Counted from the first letter of the stretch, positions 1 through 10,396 are shown. The stretch: DNA of 32,000 bases from Candidatus Harpocratesius repetitus (GCA_021498095.1 JAIZWK010000001.1:720001-752000); one strand, 5' to 3'. The notes: generated by a model from the sequence alone, not told the origin. Translations and numbers: made by a program.

Positions 1-2
1 CA

Positions 3-731
3 TTATTTATCTTCAAAATTTCATTCAAATTAAAAACACATCAAACAAAATACTGTAATATATTGAAAAAATTCCTAGAATATACAAATACTGCTAAAAT
101 TCAAACTCTAATTCAGATTAAATCAAAAAATGACTATGTCCAGAAAGTAGCAATAATTGTTTTTTTTAAAACTCTTACTGAAAAAAAAACTCTTGAAGGA
201 TATATTAAATCACTTAAAATATCTGATTTTCTAGCATTGCATAAAATAAGATTAAAAGACTTTAAAAGAATGATCTCAAAAAAAATAATAAACAATTATA
301 ATCAAATACGCTTAGATGAAGTTTTTCCATATTTTACTAGAAAAATAGACGAAAAAATCTTTCAACCAAATTATTTACTTAATTCTTTAACTAAAGTTAA
401 AGAAATACTAAAACATTCCTCAAAAAAATTAAAAATTTCGGAATATTTAATTATAAATAATAAGAATCAATATATTTTTATTTTAAATAACAAAACTCTC
501 TTAAAATTAACTCAATCTCTACTTAAATATTACCCTAATTGTGTAGATTTTTTAATCATTTCTTCTAATTCTGAATTAATTCAAATCTTAAAAAATAGAA
601 CTTCAATTGAAAAATTATCAAAATTATCTCTATTTTTTTATGAAAATCTTCAAAGTTTAATGCAAACAATTTTACACGATACCAATCAAGATCAGAAATC
701 TAGTGAGAGTCCATTATTGATAATCAATTAA
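3..731 (+). CDS. Hypothetical protein, 5'-truncated by the window edge
   Basis: The frame is open from position 3 to the TAA at 729-731, with no stop upstream of the TTG at 63. More than 240 stop-free codons in very AT-rich DNA is unlikely by chance. No recognisable motif; K/I/L/N-rich. Confidence 0.55.
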   Translation, partial: LFIFKISFKLKTHQTKYCNILKKFLEYTNTAKIQTLIQIKSKNDYVQKVAIIVFFKTLTEKKTLEGYIKSLKISDFLALHKIRLKDFKRMISKKIINNYNQIRLDEVFPYFTRKIDEKIFQPNYLLNSLTKVKEILKHSSKKLKISEYLIINNKNQYIFILNNKTLLKLTQSLLKYYPNCVDFLIISSNSELIQILKNRTSIEKLSKLSLFFYENLQSLMQTILHDTNQDQKSSESPLLIIN

Positions 732-767
732 ATATAAATATTATATTAATTTATTTTTTAATGATCG

Positions 768-1042
768 TGGGGATCTAGGCAATCCCTTGAAACTCTATAC
801 AGAGTGGAGCCGTGCCTATAACGGACTGAGAAAATTTCGAAAGAATATGAATTTAGTTAAAAAAATAATCTTACTAACCAATGATACACTCCCTATTTGA
901 GATGAGCTATGGTAAAGTCATTTTCGTAGGAAAATGATAATTACCTTAAAGAACAAAATCGGCAAGGCCAGGGATGGAGCAACCGTAAGTTCAATAGTTT
1001 ATGCACAAGTTGTGGGGTGTTAAGGTCCAAGATTATAGATTT
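768..1042 (+). ncRNA. ffs: Signal recognition particle (7S/SRP) RNA, archaeal type
   Basis: Helix 8 is CGG-CAAGG-CCA-GGGA-TGG-AGCA-A-CCG (960-985), matching the SRP54-binding motif with a GNRA loop. Helix 6 is GTCATTTTC-GTAG-GAAAATGAT (917-938). Helix 5 pairings are GAGCTAT/ATAGTTT, ACACTCC/GGGGTGT and ATAATCTT(865-872)/AAGATTAT(1029-1036). The termini pair as GATCTA(772-777)/TAGATT(1036-1041). Ends are approximate. Confidence 0.9.
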
Positions 1043-1070
1043 AATTAAACAATTATTCCTGAAAAATTGA

Positions 1071-1430
1071 TCATTCATATATTAATTGAAAAATTATTAA
1101 AAAAAAATTTACAATAAATAAAGAAGCAATACCAATAAATGAGATATTTATTATTTGGTAAATTTCATTCATTACTTTCAATAATAATATGTTAATATGG
1201 GCTTCAATTACCATATTGTTAATGTATTTACTCATTTCTAAAATAATAATTCGTTTAATTTCTGAGATTTTAAGAACTAAATATTCAATTAAAATAAAAA
1301 AAATACTTTTAATTGCAATTTTTGGAATAATTTGAATAAAAAAAAAAAGAAAAAAAACAAAAATGCAAAGAAATGTGTAAATTGAAAATAATTTTAGTAA
1401 AAAATCGAATGTATTGCTGAATAGAATCAT
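1071..1430 (-). CDS. Small hydrophobic (putative membrane) protein, possible 4th gene of the GTPase operon
   Basis: 119-codon ORF whose ATG lies 7 nt after the GTPase stop. It has 2-3 hydrophobic stretches, but the sequence is low-complexity and T-rich. Confidence 0.45.
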   Translation of the reverse strand: MILFSNTFDFLLKLFSIYTFLCIFVFFLFFFIQIIPKIAIKSIFFILIEYLVLKISEIKRIIILEMSKYINNMVIEAHINILLLKVMNEIYQIINISFIGIASLFIVNFFLIIFQLIYE

Positions 1431-1437
1431 TTTATTT

Positions 1438-2022
1438 CTACTTCACAATAATTGATGGGAAAATCATTTCTAAGATATATTTAAATGCCTCTATGATCCC
1501 TCTGTTATCTATTGCAATAGTTGGGATTAATTGGACTTTTGATAAGGAATTTAATTGAAAATGTTGATTAATTTCATCTAAACTAATTAAATTATCTAAA
1601 TCTTGCTTGTTTAAACAAATTACAATTGGTAAATCCGAGATTTTTTCCTGTAAATAGAAATTTAATTCATTCCAAGATGAGAGGTTATCATTGAAATATT
1701 TTCTTTGTGAATCGACAACAAACATTATTCCATCTATCCCATAAAGAGTTGCTGGTCTGGTAGACGCATAGAAATCTTGTCCTGTCGCAGTTAAAAGAGA
1801 GATTTTTACTATCCATTCCCCTCCTTTTAATTGTAGTACTCCAAAATCAAAAAAAAGGGTTCTTCCTGTTGTTGTTTCAATCGAAGTTAGTAAGTCTTCG
1901 CGATTAAACGATCTAAATAAATTTTTCAAGCTAGTTGTCTTTCCAGACATAGCACAGCCATAATAAACTATCTTAATCTGAATTTCTTTTTTTTTATAAT
2001 TAATTAACATTTTTATCCCCAT
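1438..2022 (-). CDS. Small GTPase, MglA/Arf-like family
   Basis: G1 GCAMSGKTT, switch I TGRTLFFDF, G3 TATGQ, G4 NKQD. The N-terminal IQIKIVYYG is typical of the MglA family. Start could be 2022 or 2010. Confidence 0.9.
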   Translation of the reverse strand: MGIKMLINYKKKEIQIKIVYYGCAMSGKTTSLKNLFRSFNREDLLTSIETTTGRTLFFDFGVLQLKGGEWIVKISLLTATGQDFYASTRPATLYGIDGIMFVVDSQRKYFNDNLSSWNELNFYLQEKISDLPIVICLNKQDLDNLISLDEINQHFQLNSLSKVQLIPTIAIDNRGIIEAFKYILEMIFPSIIVK

Positions 2023-2912
2023 AAACTTTCAAATGTATCAGATAACTTTGATGTTTTTTCTAAATTTAATAATGAAAAGAAATTTGCACCCCATTCATTC
2101 AAAATAAACTGTAAAATCCTTTCTATAGGTGCATGTTTATAATCAATAGTAGAAAATAAAACCCTAGGAGAAAGATTTGTTTTTATATTTAATGCATCTA
2201 ATATTTGAATTCGATTTAAAATATTAATTGATCTTTTACAAGCATTAAAGAAGTTTAAAATTTCTTTTTTTATTATGTTTTCTTTAATCTCTTTCTCTTC
2301 AATTTCAAAATTCATAATTGATTTTTTTTCTTCTACTGGAATTTTTCGATAATTTGTTCGTTTTGAAATAATTCGCTTCATTTTTTCAATTTCAATTTCT
2401 GTTCTATTTATAGCATTTTCATAAATCCACTTTTCAAGAGAAAGATCAAAACTTGGAAATGACTTACCGACTATTTCTGTTTTTAAGCTTTTTTCATCAA
2501 TTTCAAGCTTTAAAAAATAATCAACAAGTGAGTACATTTTATTATAAATTTTAATATAGTTTGCATAGGAGTTTTTGTCAATAATAACTCCAAATATCCA
2601 AGATTGGAAAGTGGTGATTGTCTCAATTGCTTTTAAAGAGGCGTTAGGAAAACATAAGAATACGTTTCGTTCACTATTTAAATCATTTTCTTCATATTCT
2701 CGAATCTCCAAATAATCACTTAGTTCAATAAAATCAGATAGAAAAATCAAATTATTCCTGAAAGGTATTAGTGATATTAGTTCATTGATTAAATTTTCTA
2801 TAATCTCTTCTTGATCTGATATAATTACAATAGGAATTCTATCTAATAAGCATTTTAATAATAATGATACATCTTCAATTTCTGATTGACTAAAACGATT
2901 TATCAAATCCAT
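2013..2912 (-). CDS. Hypothetical protein with a DENN-domain-like (cDENN/dDENN) pattern
   Basis: 299-aa ORF between the roadblock and GTPase genes. LLLKCLLDRIPIVIISDQEEIIENLINELISLIPF, SWIFGV and FLKLEID resemble the cDENN strand/helix pattern, followed by a helical C-terminus. The CDS is confident; the fold call is tentative. Confidence 0.6.
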   Translation of the reverse strand: MDLINRFSQSEIEDVSLLLKCLLDRIPIVIISDQEEIIENLINELISLIPFRNNLIFLSDFIELSDYLEIREYEENDLNSERNVFLCFPNASLKAIETITTFQSWIFGVIIDKNSYANYIKIYNKMYSLVDYFLKLEIDEKSLKTEIVGKSFPSFDLSLEKWIYENAINRTEIEIEKMKRIISKRTNYRKIPVEEKKSIMNFEIEEKEIKENIIKKEILNFFNACKRSINILNRIQILDALNIKTNLSPRVLFSTIDYKHAPIERILQFILNEWGANFFSLLNLEKTSKLSDTFESLWG

Positions 2913-2923
2913 TGTATTTCACC

Positions 2924-3937
2924 TTATAATAATAATTGGTTGAAAATAGATTCAATTTTTATTGGTGGAACTAATTTTGAGCTATTTTCTGATTCTTTCA
3001 AGATTTTTTCTAATTTATTACAATATTTTGGAATTACTAATCTTAAAAGCCCTAATTTTTGTCTACCTTTTGCGATTCTGGCAGAAAAAATTGCTGATCG
3101 AATTTGATTTATAAATTGAAACTCATCAATACATTCTAATAAAATTGATGTTATATGCATTCTCTTCAATTGCCAAGCACATTTATCTGCTGTATAGAAT
3201 AAAGATTGACTGAGAGTTGCTTCTTTTTCCAAATTATCACTGGTTCTATTCATTTTATTTTCTAAACTTGAGAGAATGAAGCCACCTTCAAAAGTAATGA
3301 ATGTATTTATCAAATCAAATGTATTCCTACTAAAATCATCTAGTAGATTATCTAGTTGATCATATGAAGATTGAGCAAAACTTAATGAAAACATAGGAAT
3401 TCGCTCCTTCTTTTCAACCTCGTCTTTATTTTCTATTGAATTAAGAAATCTTTGCATTTCTTCAGGAGAATAATGTCTCATTGGTGGTTTAAAAGAATTC
3501 TTTGATAAAATAAGACATTTTTTAATTTCAGCTAAACTAGAACGAATTTTTAAAAATATTCCTCCTAAATTTACATTTGATTTCGTTGTTATAGCAACGT
3601 AAAATTCTTCATTTAGATTTTGTAAATTTTGAGCTTGAATGATCTTATTAATTGTGGTGTTTCCATAATTTTTTAAAGGTGTGATTAATATTTTTGCCAT
3701 TTTTCCTTCAATTAATATATATTTTAACTTATTTTGATGTAAACTTAATCCACAATTATAGATTGCTGAGGTCGCAGCACAGATACTAAATAATTCTTCT
3801 TTAGAAAGCCAAATGCCACTATGTTGAATTGGATTTCCGTCTCGTTGTGTTAAAACAACATTATCTACTCCTTTTGTGGCTTTAATAAGATCCAAATAAG
3901 ATTTTATTTTCATTGTTAGTGAAATTTTCTTCACCAT
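2924..3937 (-). CDS. Tandem Roadblock/LC7 (MglB-like) domain protein
   Basis: Two repeats of the roadblock pattern (GVDNVVLTQRDGNPI...ICAATSAIY...YILIEG and DLINTFITFEGGFILSS...ATLSQSLF...SILLEC), each ending in an NLG/KLG-L helix. Confidence 0.85.
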   Translation of the reverse strand: MVKKISLTMKIKSYLDLIKATKGVDNVVLTQRDGNPIQHSGIWLSKEELFSICAATSAIYNCGLSLHQNKLKYILIEGKMAKILITPLKNYGNTTINKIIQAQNLQNLNEEFYVAITTKSNVNLGGIFLKIRSSLAEIKKCLILSKNSFKPPMRHYSPEEMQRFLNSIENKDEVEKKERIPMFSLSFAQSSYDQLDNLLDDFSRNTFDLINTFITFEGGFILSSLENKMNRTSDNLEKEATLSQSLFYTADKCAWQLKRMHITSILLECIDEFQFINQIRSAIFSARIAKGRQKLGLLRLVIPKYCNKLEKILKESENSSKLVPPIKIESIFNQLLL

Positions 3938-4576
3938 TTTTTATTTATAGTAATTGCAATCAATTTTAAAAAATCCTAAAATTAATTAAAGAATTAATGA
4001 TAAAAAAAAGGAAAAATAAAGTTAAAATTCAAAATAAAATGAAAAATATCTATATGATAATGCAAATTTTAGAAATTACTTGATATTTATGCTATTTTTT
4101 TTGAATTTCTTCATTACAAAAAAAATACAAAGGAATTTACATATTCCTTTATAATTTTAAACAATAATTTTGAAATCATAAAATCTATTCAATTTTGTAT
4201 ATTAATTAAAATTAAACTTATGAATCTAAAAATTTATATCTTGATTCTTTTATTTTGAAAAGAAAGAAACGTTAAAATTTATTAAGGAAGAATCCCACAA
4301 TTGATTTCTAGAGCCACTTTCGATATGTTTAAATTAACATTTGCATTGTATATTTTGTAGTTGGAGACAACTCAATCCCATATCAATCGGCGTGAATATG
4401 GATCAACGACACATGTCACGGAGATGAAGTATTCCATTCCTTGATGATGGGAAAAATATGAAGTCCTCTAAAAAGGACTGAAGTTGTTATGCACAGATGG
4501 TCGGTAAGTAAACGACCCCCAAAAAGGAATTTAAGTTGAATAGAAGCGAGATCAAATGGAAGGATAATGAAAACCA

Positions 4577-6074
<1,498 letters not shown>

Positions 6075-6165
6075 ACAACGCACCGAAGGTATCATCCTTC
6101 GGGCATTTCTTTTTATATAATTGATTTTAAATTTATTGTTTGACTATTACAACTAAGCTGCTTTT

Positions 6166-6238
6166 GGGCCTATAGCTCAGTTGGTAGAGCGCCTGACTTG
6201 CACTCAGGAGGTCGGGGATTCAAATTCCCCTAGGTCCA
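6166..6238 (+). tRNA. tRNA-Ala(TGC)
   Basis: Cloverleaf: GGGCCTA/TAGGTCC acceptor, GCTC/GAGC D-stem, CCTGA-CTTGCAC-TCAGG anticodon arm, GGGGA-TTCAAAT-TCCCC T-arm. CCA is not encoded. Confidence 0.97.
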
Positions 6239-6308
6239 TTTTTATTCATGAAGAATGAGATTAATTTGTACCAAAATTTTTAATATTTTTAACATATAAG
6301 AAAAATTA

Positions 6309-6443
6309 ATGTTCTTAATACCTTTAAAGTTAGCAGATTGGGATATGGATAAATTTCGATTGCGATTACAATTATTAAGTGTGTTGGTAATTGTTGTAAT
6401 ACTTATTTATGTTGTTTTTTCTTCGAAAGATAATGAGAGTTAA
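6309..6443 (+). CDS. Small single-TM protein (44 aa), below the ORF-track cutoff
   Basis: MFLIPLKLADWDMDKFRLRLQLLSVLVIVVILIYVVFSSKDNES*. One clean hydrophobic helix with basic residues before it, followed by a T-run (6444-6450). Confidence 0.45.
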   Translation: MFLIPLKLADWDMDKFRLRLQLLSVLVIVVILIYVVFSSKDNES

Positions 6444-6457
6444 TTTTTTTTAATTAA

Positions 6458-7672
6458 TTATTTTGGTTTAACTGCAGATACTATTTTGATAATATCATTA
6501 TTCTTTAATTCATAATGTTCACCTAAACGCATTTTTGATCTTGCATCTAAACCGTAAATGAAATTCTTTGCTAGATCTGAATGAATTTTTGTTTCAACAA
6601 ATTTCTTCAATTTTGTATTTTTTAAGACTAAATGTGCATCAGGTAATACATTTCCATCTTTATCAGAAAATGAATTCGTATCATAAACAGGATATACAAC
6701 AATTTGATTTAATACATTGAAAACAGAATAATTTATTATATCTTGAATACCTGTACTATTGTATTTTTTGAGTATTTTTTCTTCAATATTTTTAAGTGCG
6801 TTTAGTTCAGATTTTTGCAATTTTTCATTTTGTATTATTTTAAACTTAGTATCACCTGGTAAATATTCAATAATTCGATCTTCTGCATATTTTCTTAACC
6901 AATACTCTGCTAAAGCACTACATGGGATAATTTTCCCTTTATATTTTCTTTTTAATTCTGTTAACATTTGTTCTCCATTATGCTTATCTATTTTATTTGC
7001 TGCAATTATTATTGGTTTTGAAATTTCTCTTAATTTTCTTGCAAAATCGAAAATATTGTCATCATTCCATTTTGTTAATTTCTCAAAATCTAGATTAATA
7101 GAATTCATTGCATTAAGAATATGTTCTTTTTGAATACCAATTCCAGCTAACCTTTCATGCAATAAATCTACAAATGATAGTTTTTCTTGTTCAATCTTTC
7201 TAACAAATTTTCCCCAATCTTTTTTAATAATAAGATCCTTAAACCAGAAATTAATTTCATCCTCCAAAAATTTTATATCATCTAGCGGATCTCTTGCCCC
7301 TTCATCAATATCTTGACCTTCAGCATCTAGACTTCCAGAAATATCTATAACGTGAATTAATACATCTGCTCGTGCAAGATCTGATAAAAATTGATTTCCC
7401 ATTCCCTTTCCTAAATGCGCATCAGGAACTAATCCTGCAACATCCAGAAGTTTCACAGGAATAAACCTATTTTGGTTTATGCAAATAGAGTTTTTTGGAT
7501 TATCTTTAATATTTAATTCTCGACATGCACAAATTGTTCTAACAAAAGATTTTCCTAAATTTGGTTTGATAGTTGTAAATGGATAATTTGCTGTTTTATA
7601 TTGAGTCAAACAAGCTGCATTAAGGAATGTACTTTTCCCAGAAGAAGGTTTCCCAACAATTCCAATAAGCAT
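6458..7672 (-). CDS. ychF: Obg-family translation-associated GTPase, archaeal YchF/Ygr210-like, with C-terminal TGS domain
   Basis: GIVGKPSSGKST, ANYPFTTI.PN, DVAGLVP.AH.GKGMGNQFL, NKID, and a C-terminal HSDLAKNFIYGLDARSKMRLG...DIIKIV TGS-like end. Confidence 0.92.
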   Translation of the reverse strand: MLIGIVGKPSSGKSTFLNAACLTQYKTANYPFTTIKPNLGKSFVRTICACRELNIKDNPKNSICINQNRFIPVKLLDVAGLVPDAHLGKGMGNQFLSDLARADVLIHVIDISGSLDAEGQDIDEGARDPLDDIKFLEDEINFWFKDLIIKKDWGKFVRKIEQEKLSFVDLLHERLAGIGIQKEHILNAMNSINLDFEKLTKWNDDNIFDFARKLREISKPIIIAANKIDKHNGEQMLTELKRKYKGKIIPCSALAEYWLRKYAEDRIIEYLPGDTKFKIIQNEKLQKSELNALKNIEEKILKKYNSTGIQDIINYSVFNVLNQIVVYPVYDTNSFSDKDGNVLPDAHLVLKNTKLKKFVETKIHSDLAKNFIYGLDARSKMRLGEHYELKNNDIIKIVSAVKPK

Positions 7673-7719
7673 AATTATTAGTATTTTTTAACATTTAAAA
7701 GAGTTTGATTTTTAGGAAG

Positions 7720-10299
7720 CTATGAATTTTGACTTAAAAGATATTTTATTGCTGGCTCTAATTCGTGAATTATAACATTTTCAATGATTTTTTCATTTGG
7801 TTCTTTGATTAACAAAGGTTGTGATTTATTAAGTAAAATTTTTAATTTTCTATGTAATTCTTTTAATTCTTGCTTGATCAATTTGCTATTTTCAATTATT
7901 TGTTTCTTCTTATCTAATATATCTACAGAAGAATTAGGTGATTGTAATTTTGGCAGATTATATCCTAAGAAAACCTCATCGCTTTTCTTTTTTAATTCAT
8001 TAAGATGAATTTCAATCAAATTGATTATTCTGCTTTCTTCAATATTAAATAATTTAGAATGTGAACTTGCTAAGGTAAAAATGATTTTAAAATCATAATT
8101 AGAGTATTTTAATTCTTTTGGAATAAAAATAACATATCTTTTCTCGATTTTTTCTTTATATAAATTTTTAGAGAGATTTTGATAAGTTTCTTGACAGTAA
8201 TTTTTATACAATTCATTTATCCGTAAACCTAAGGAATAAAAATCCAAAACATGATTTGAATCTTTTTCAATAATAAAAACCTGAAGTGATAATAAATCTT
8301 TATTATCTTGGAGATTTTTCTTAAAATCTTGTATATTTTCATTATCCTCAAAACTATTTTCCGTTTTTAGCGCATTTCTTACAATTTTCAATAATTTCAA
8401 GCCATTAAGACAGTCTTCAATTCTTAATTCAGAATTATGCGATTTTTCAAAAAATTTCTTTAAAAGAATATAGCGCTTTTGAATTTCATTCCATCCTCTA
8501 ACAGTTAATTGCTCATTCTGAATTTTTGATATCAATTTGTCAAAAATGGAGAAAATTTTTGACATAGCTCCCAAGTAGTTATCGCAAAATATGAGTTCTT
8601 CAATTTGGTGAATATGCTTTAATAGGTCTTTATAAATCTCATGCATAATTCTAAGTTTTCTTTTATTAAAAGTCAAAGTTTCTTCTTTTTCTAAGTTGTT
8701 TTGTATTTTTTTCGGTATTTTATCTATTTTTTTAATTAATTTTGGGTAATTAGTAATATGTTCTCTTTTTTTCAGCTTTGACTTTCGGAAAAATTGATTT
8801 TGATTTTTATTCTTTTTAATTATAGATCCTTCAATATTATTCGTGTAAAGTAGAAAAGGTTTTGCATTTGAGTAGGTTTTAATTATACACATCCCAGTAG
8901 GAAGATCTTGAATATTGAATATCTGGTCTTTTTCAATGCCTAAATGATAAATGACATCTTCACTTCTTTCATTAAACTTAAAAAACAGTTTTGTTCCTGA
9001 GTTTAATATTATGTTTTTACTGATATCCAATGAAGTAGTAATCGAAAGGAGCCCTTCTCCTTTTCCTCTTAATAATAATGCTATATCTTCTAAATATAAT
9101 GATACATTCGATAAATTAACAAGTTTATTTGATGCAATGTATGAGACATCCTCAAAAATTGTTAAATGCATTAACTGATCTGTTGGTTTACGATTCATTG
9201 CCATTTCCCAAATCCATTTTAGAATTAAATTGGCAAAGAATATTAAATCTTGCTTTGAACCACCTAACTTTAAAATACTTCCTAAATCGATAACCGTTTT
9301 TCTTTGAAGTATCTCTGAAACTTTTAAAGTTTTATTAGAATCATTAAATACAGCACTTAATGGTCCAGAATAAAATCGTCTTAATCTGTTCTTGATGCTA
9401 ACAATTGTATTTCCAATTTGTGGAATACTATTTTTTAATTGATTTTTTGAATCATCCAAGATTGAAAAGAATTTATTCCATGTCTTTGGTTCTGATGATT
9501 TGCATACTTTATTTAACACATTTACAAGCACACTTTCCATTTGAGGTGAAAATTCTGAATTGAACTCAAGGATTCTACATGATTTTAGGCTATCAAATAG
9601 AATTTCTGCATAATTATCACTAGAAAATATATCCTTATCAAAAAGATTAATTGCAAAATTAATTCCTGGTTCTAGTATTAAAAGATCTGGAATAAATGTC
9701 TGTAATTGGGTATATTCTCCTTTAAATTCAAATAATGTAAATGGAATTGTTTTTAATTTCTTGCTTATTTTTTTTAAGAAATACATAATAAAACTAGTTT
9801 TTCCAGTGCCCGTCTGGCCATAAATTAAAATATGTCTTTTTAATTCTTCAATATCAAGACTAAATTTTTGTAAATAATGATTTTTATAAATGATTACTCC
9901 TAGGGGAATGGATTTTCTTCTTTTTCTTTTTGGTTTTTTTGTAGGTTTATATCCCCACCAAGTACAATTAAAACGTTTTTGGTGAATTCTTTCTATATAA
10001 AAAATACCAATAATAAAACAAAAATCGATAATATAAAAAATTTGCATTTTAATATTAAATTGGATTAAATTCACAAGAAACATAATTAAGTTTTTAAAGA
10101 TAATTAAAAATAATAAGGATTTTATGAAAATTGAGTTATAGATTTTAAATTTTCTCAGTTTCCATATCTGAAATATAAATACACTAAAACTAGCACAAAC
10201 AATACAAATATTTAACACTAAAGTAATTATCCAGAAATTGTTATACGTCATTATTAAGGAATCAATTCTAAAAATTGAGGAAATCACGAGTAAAACCAT
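7720..10299 (-). CDS. Membrane-anchored HerA/FtsK/VirB4-superfamily (DUF87-like) ATPase
   Basis: About three N-terminal hydrophobic helices, RHILIYGQTGTGKT Walker A, SIKNRL motif, degenerate Walker B HLTIFEDVS, and a long charged helical C-terminal region. Confidence 0.75.
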   Translation of the reverse strand: MVLLVISSIFRIDSLIMTYNNFWIITLVLNICIVCASFSVFIFQIWKLRKFKIYNSIFIKSLLFLIIFKNLIMFLVNLIQFNIKMQIFYIIDFCFIIGIFYIERIHQKRFNCTWWGYKPTKKPKRKRRKSIPLGVIIYKNHYLQKFSLDIEELKRHILIYGQTGTGKTSFIMYFLKKISKKLKTIPFTLFEFKGEYTQLQTFIPDLLILEPGINFAINLFDKDIFSSDNYAEILFDSLKSCRILEFNSEFSPQMESVLVNVLNKVCKSSEPKTWNKFFSILDDSKNQLKNSIPQIGNTIVSIKNRLRRFYSGPLSAVFNDSNKTLKVSEILQRKTVIDLGSILKLGGSKQDLIFFANLILKWIWEMAMNRKPTDQLMHLTIFEDVSYIASNKLVNLSNVSLYLEDIALLLRGKGEGLLSITTSLDISKNIILNSGTKLFFKFNERSEDVIYHLGIEKDQIFNIQDLPTGMCIIKTYSNAKPFLLYTNNIEGSIIKKNKNQNQFFRKSKLKKREHITNYPKLIKKIDKIPKKIQNNLEKEETLTFNKRKLRIMHEIYKDLLKHIHQIEELIFCDNYLGAMSKIFSIFDKLISKIQNEQLTVRGWNEIQKRYILLKKFFEKSHNSELRIEDCLNGLKLLKIVRNALKTENSFEDNENIQDFKKNLQDNKDLLSLQVFIIEKDSNHVLDFYSLGLRINELYKNYCQETYQNLSKNLYKEKIEKRYVIFIPKELKYSNYDFKIIFTLASSHSKLFNIEESRIINLIEIHLNELKKKSDEVFLGYNLPKLQSPNSSVDILDKKKQIIENSKLIKQELKELHRKLKILLNKSQPLLIKEPNEKIIENVIIHELEPAIKYLLSQNS

Positions 10300-10396
10300 A
10301 CGTAATAAAATGTTTAAAGATAAAAATAACGAAAATTTTAGGCATAAATTTAAAATTTTTGTTGACTTAGACTTCCTATCAAAGGGGTGATTTGTA

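Noticed and set aside
763-1040. RNase P RNA or group II intron domain V as alternatives for the GC-rich intergenic RNA
   Set aside because: The RNase P P4 motifs and the full domain V hairpin are absent, while SRP helices 5, 6 and 8 fit well.
4457-4483. ATGA...AAA...GA hairpin resembling a eukaryote-like SECIS element
   Set aside because: The stem is only 6 bp, it sits in the rRNA leader, and no nearby ORF has a plausible in-frame TGA. A kink-turn-like motif explains it better.
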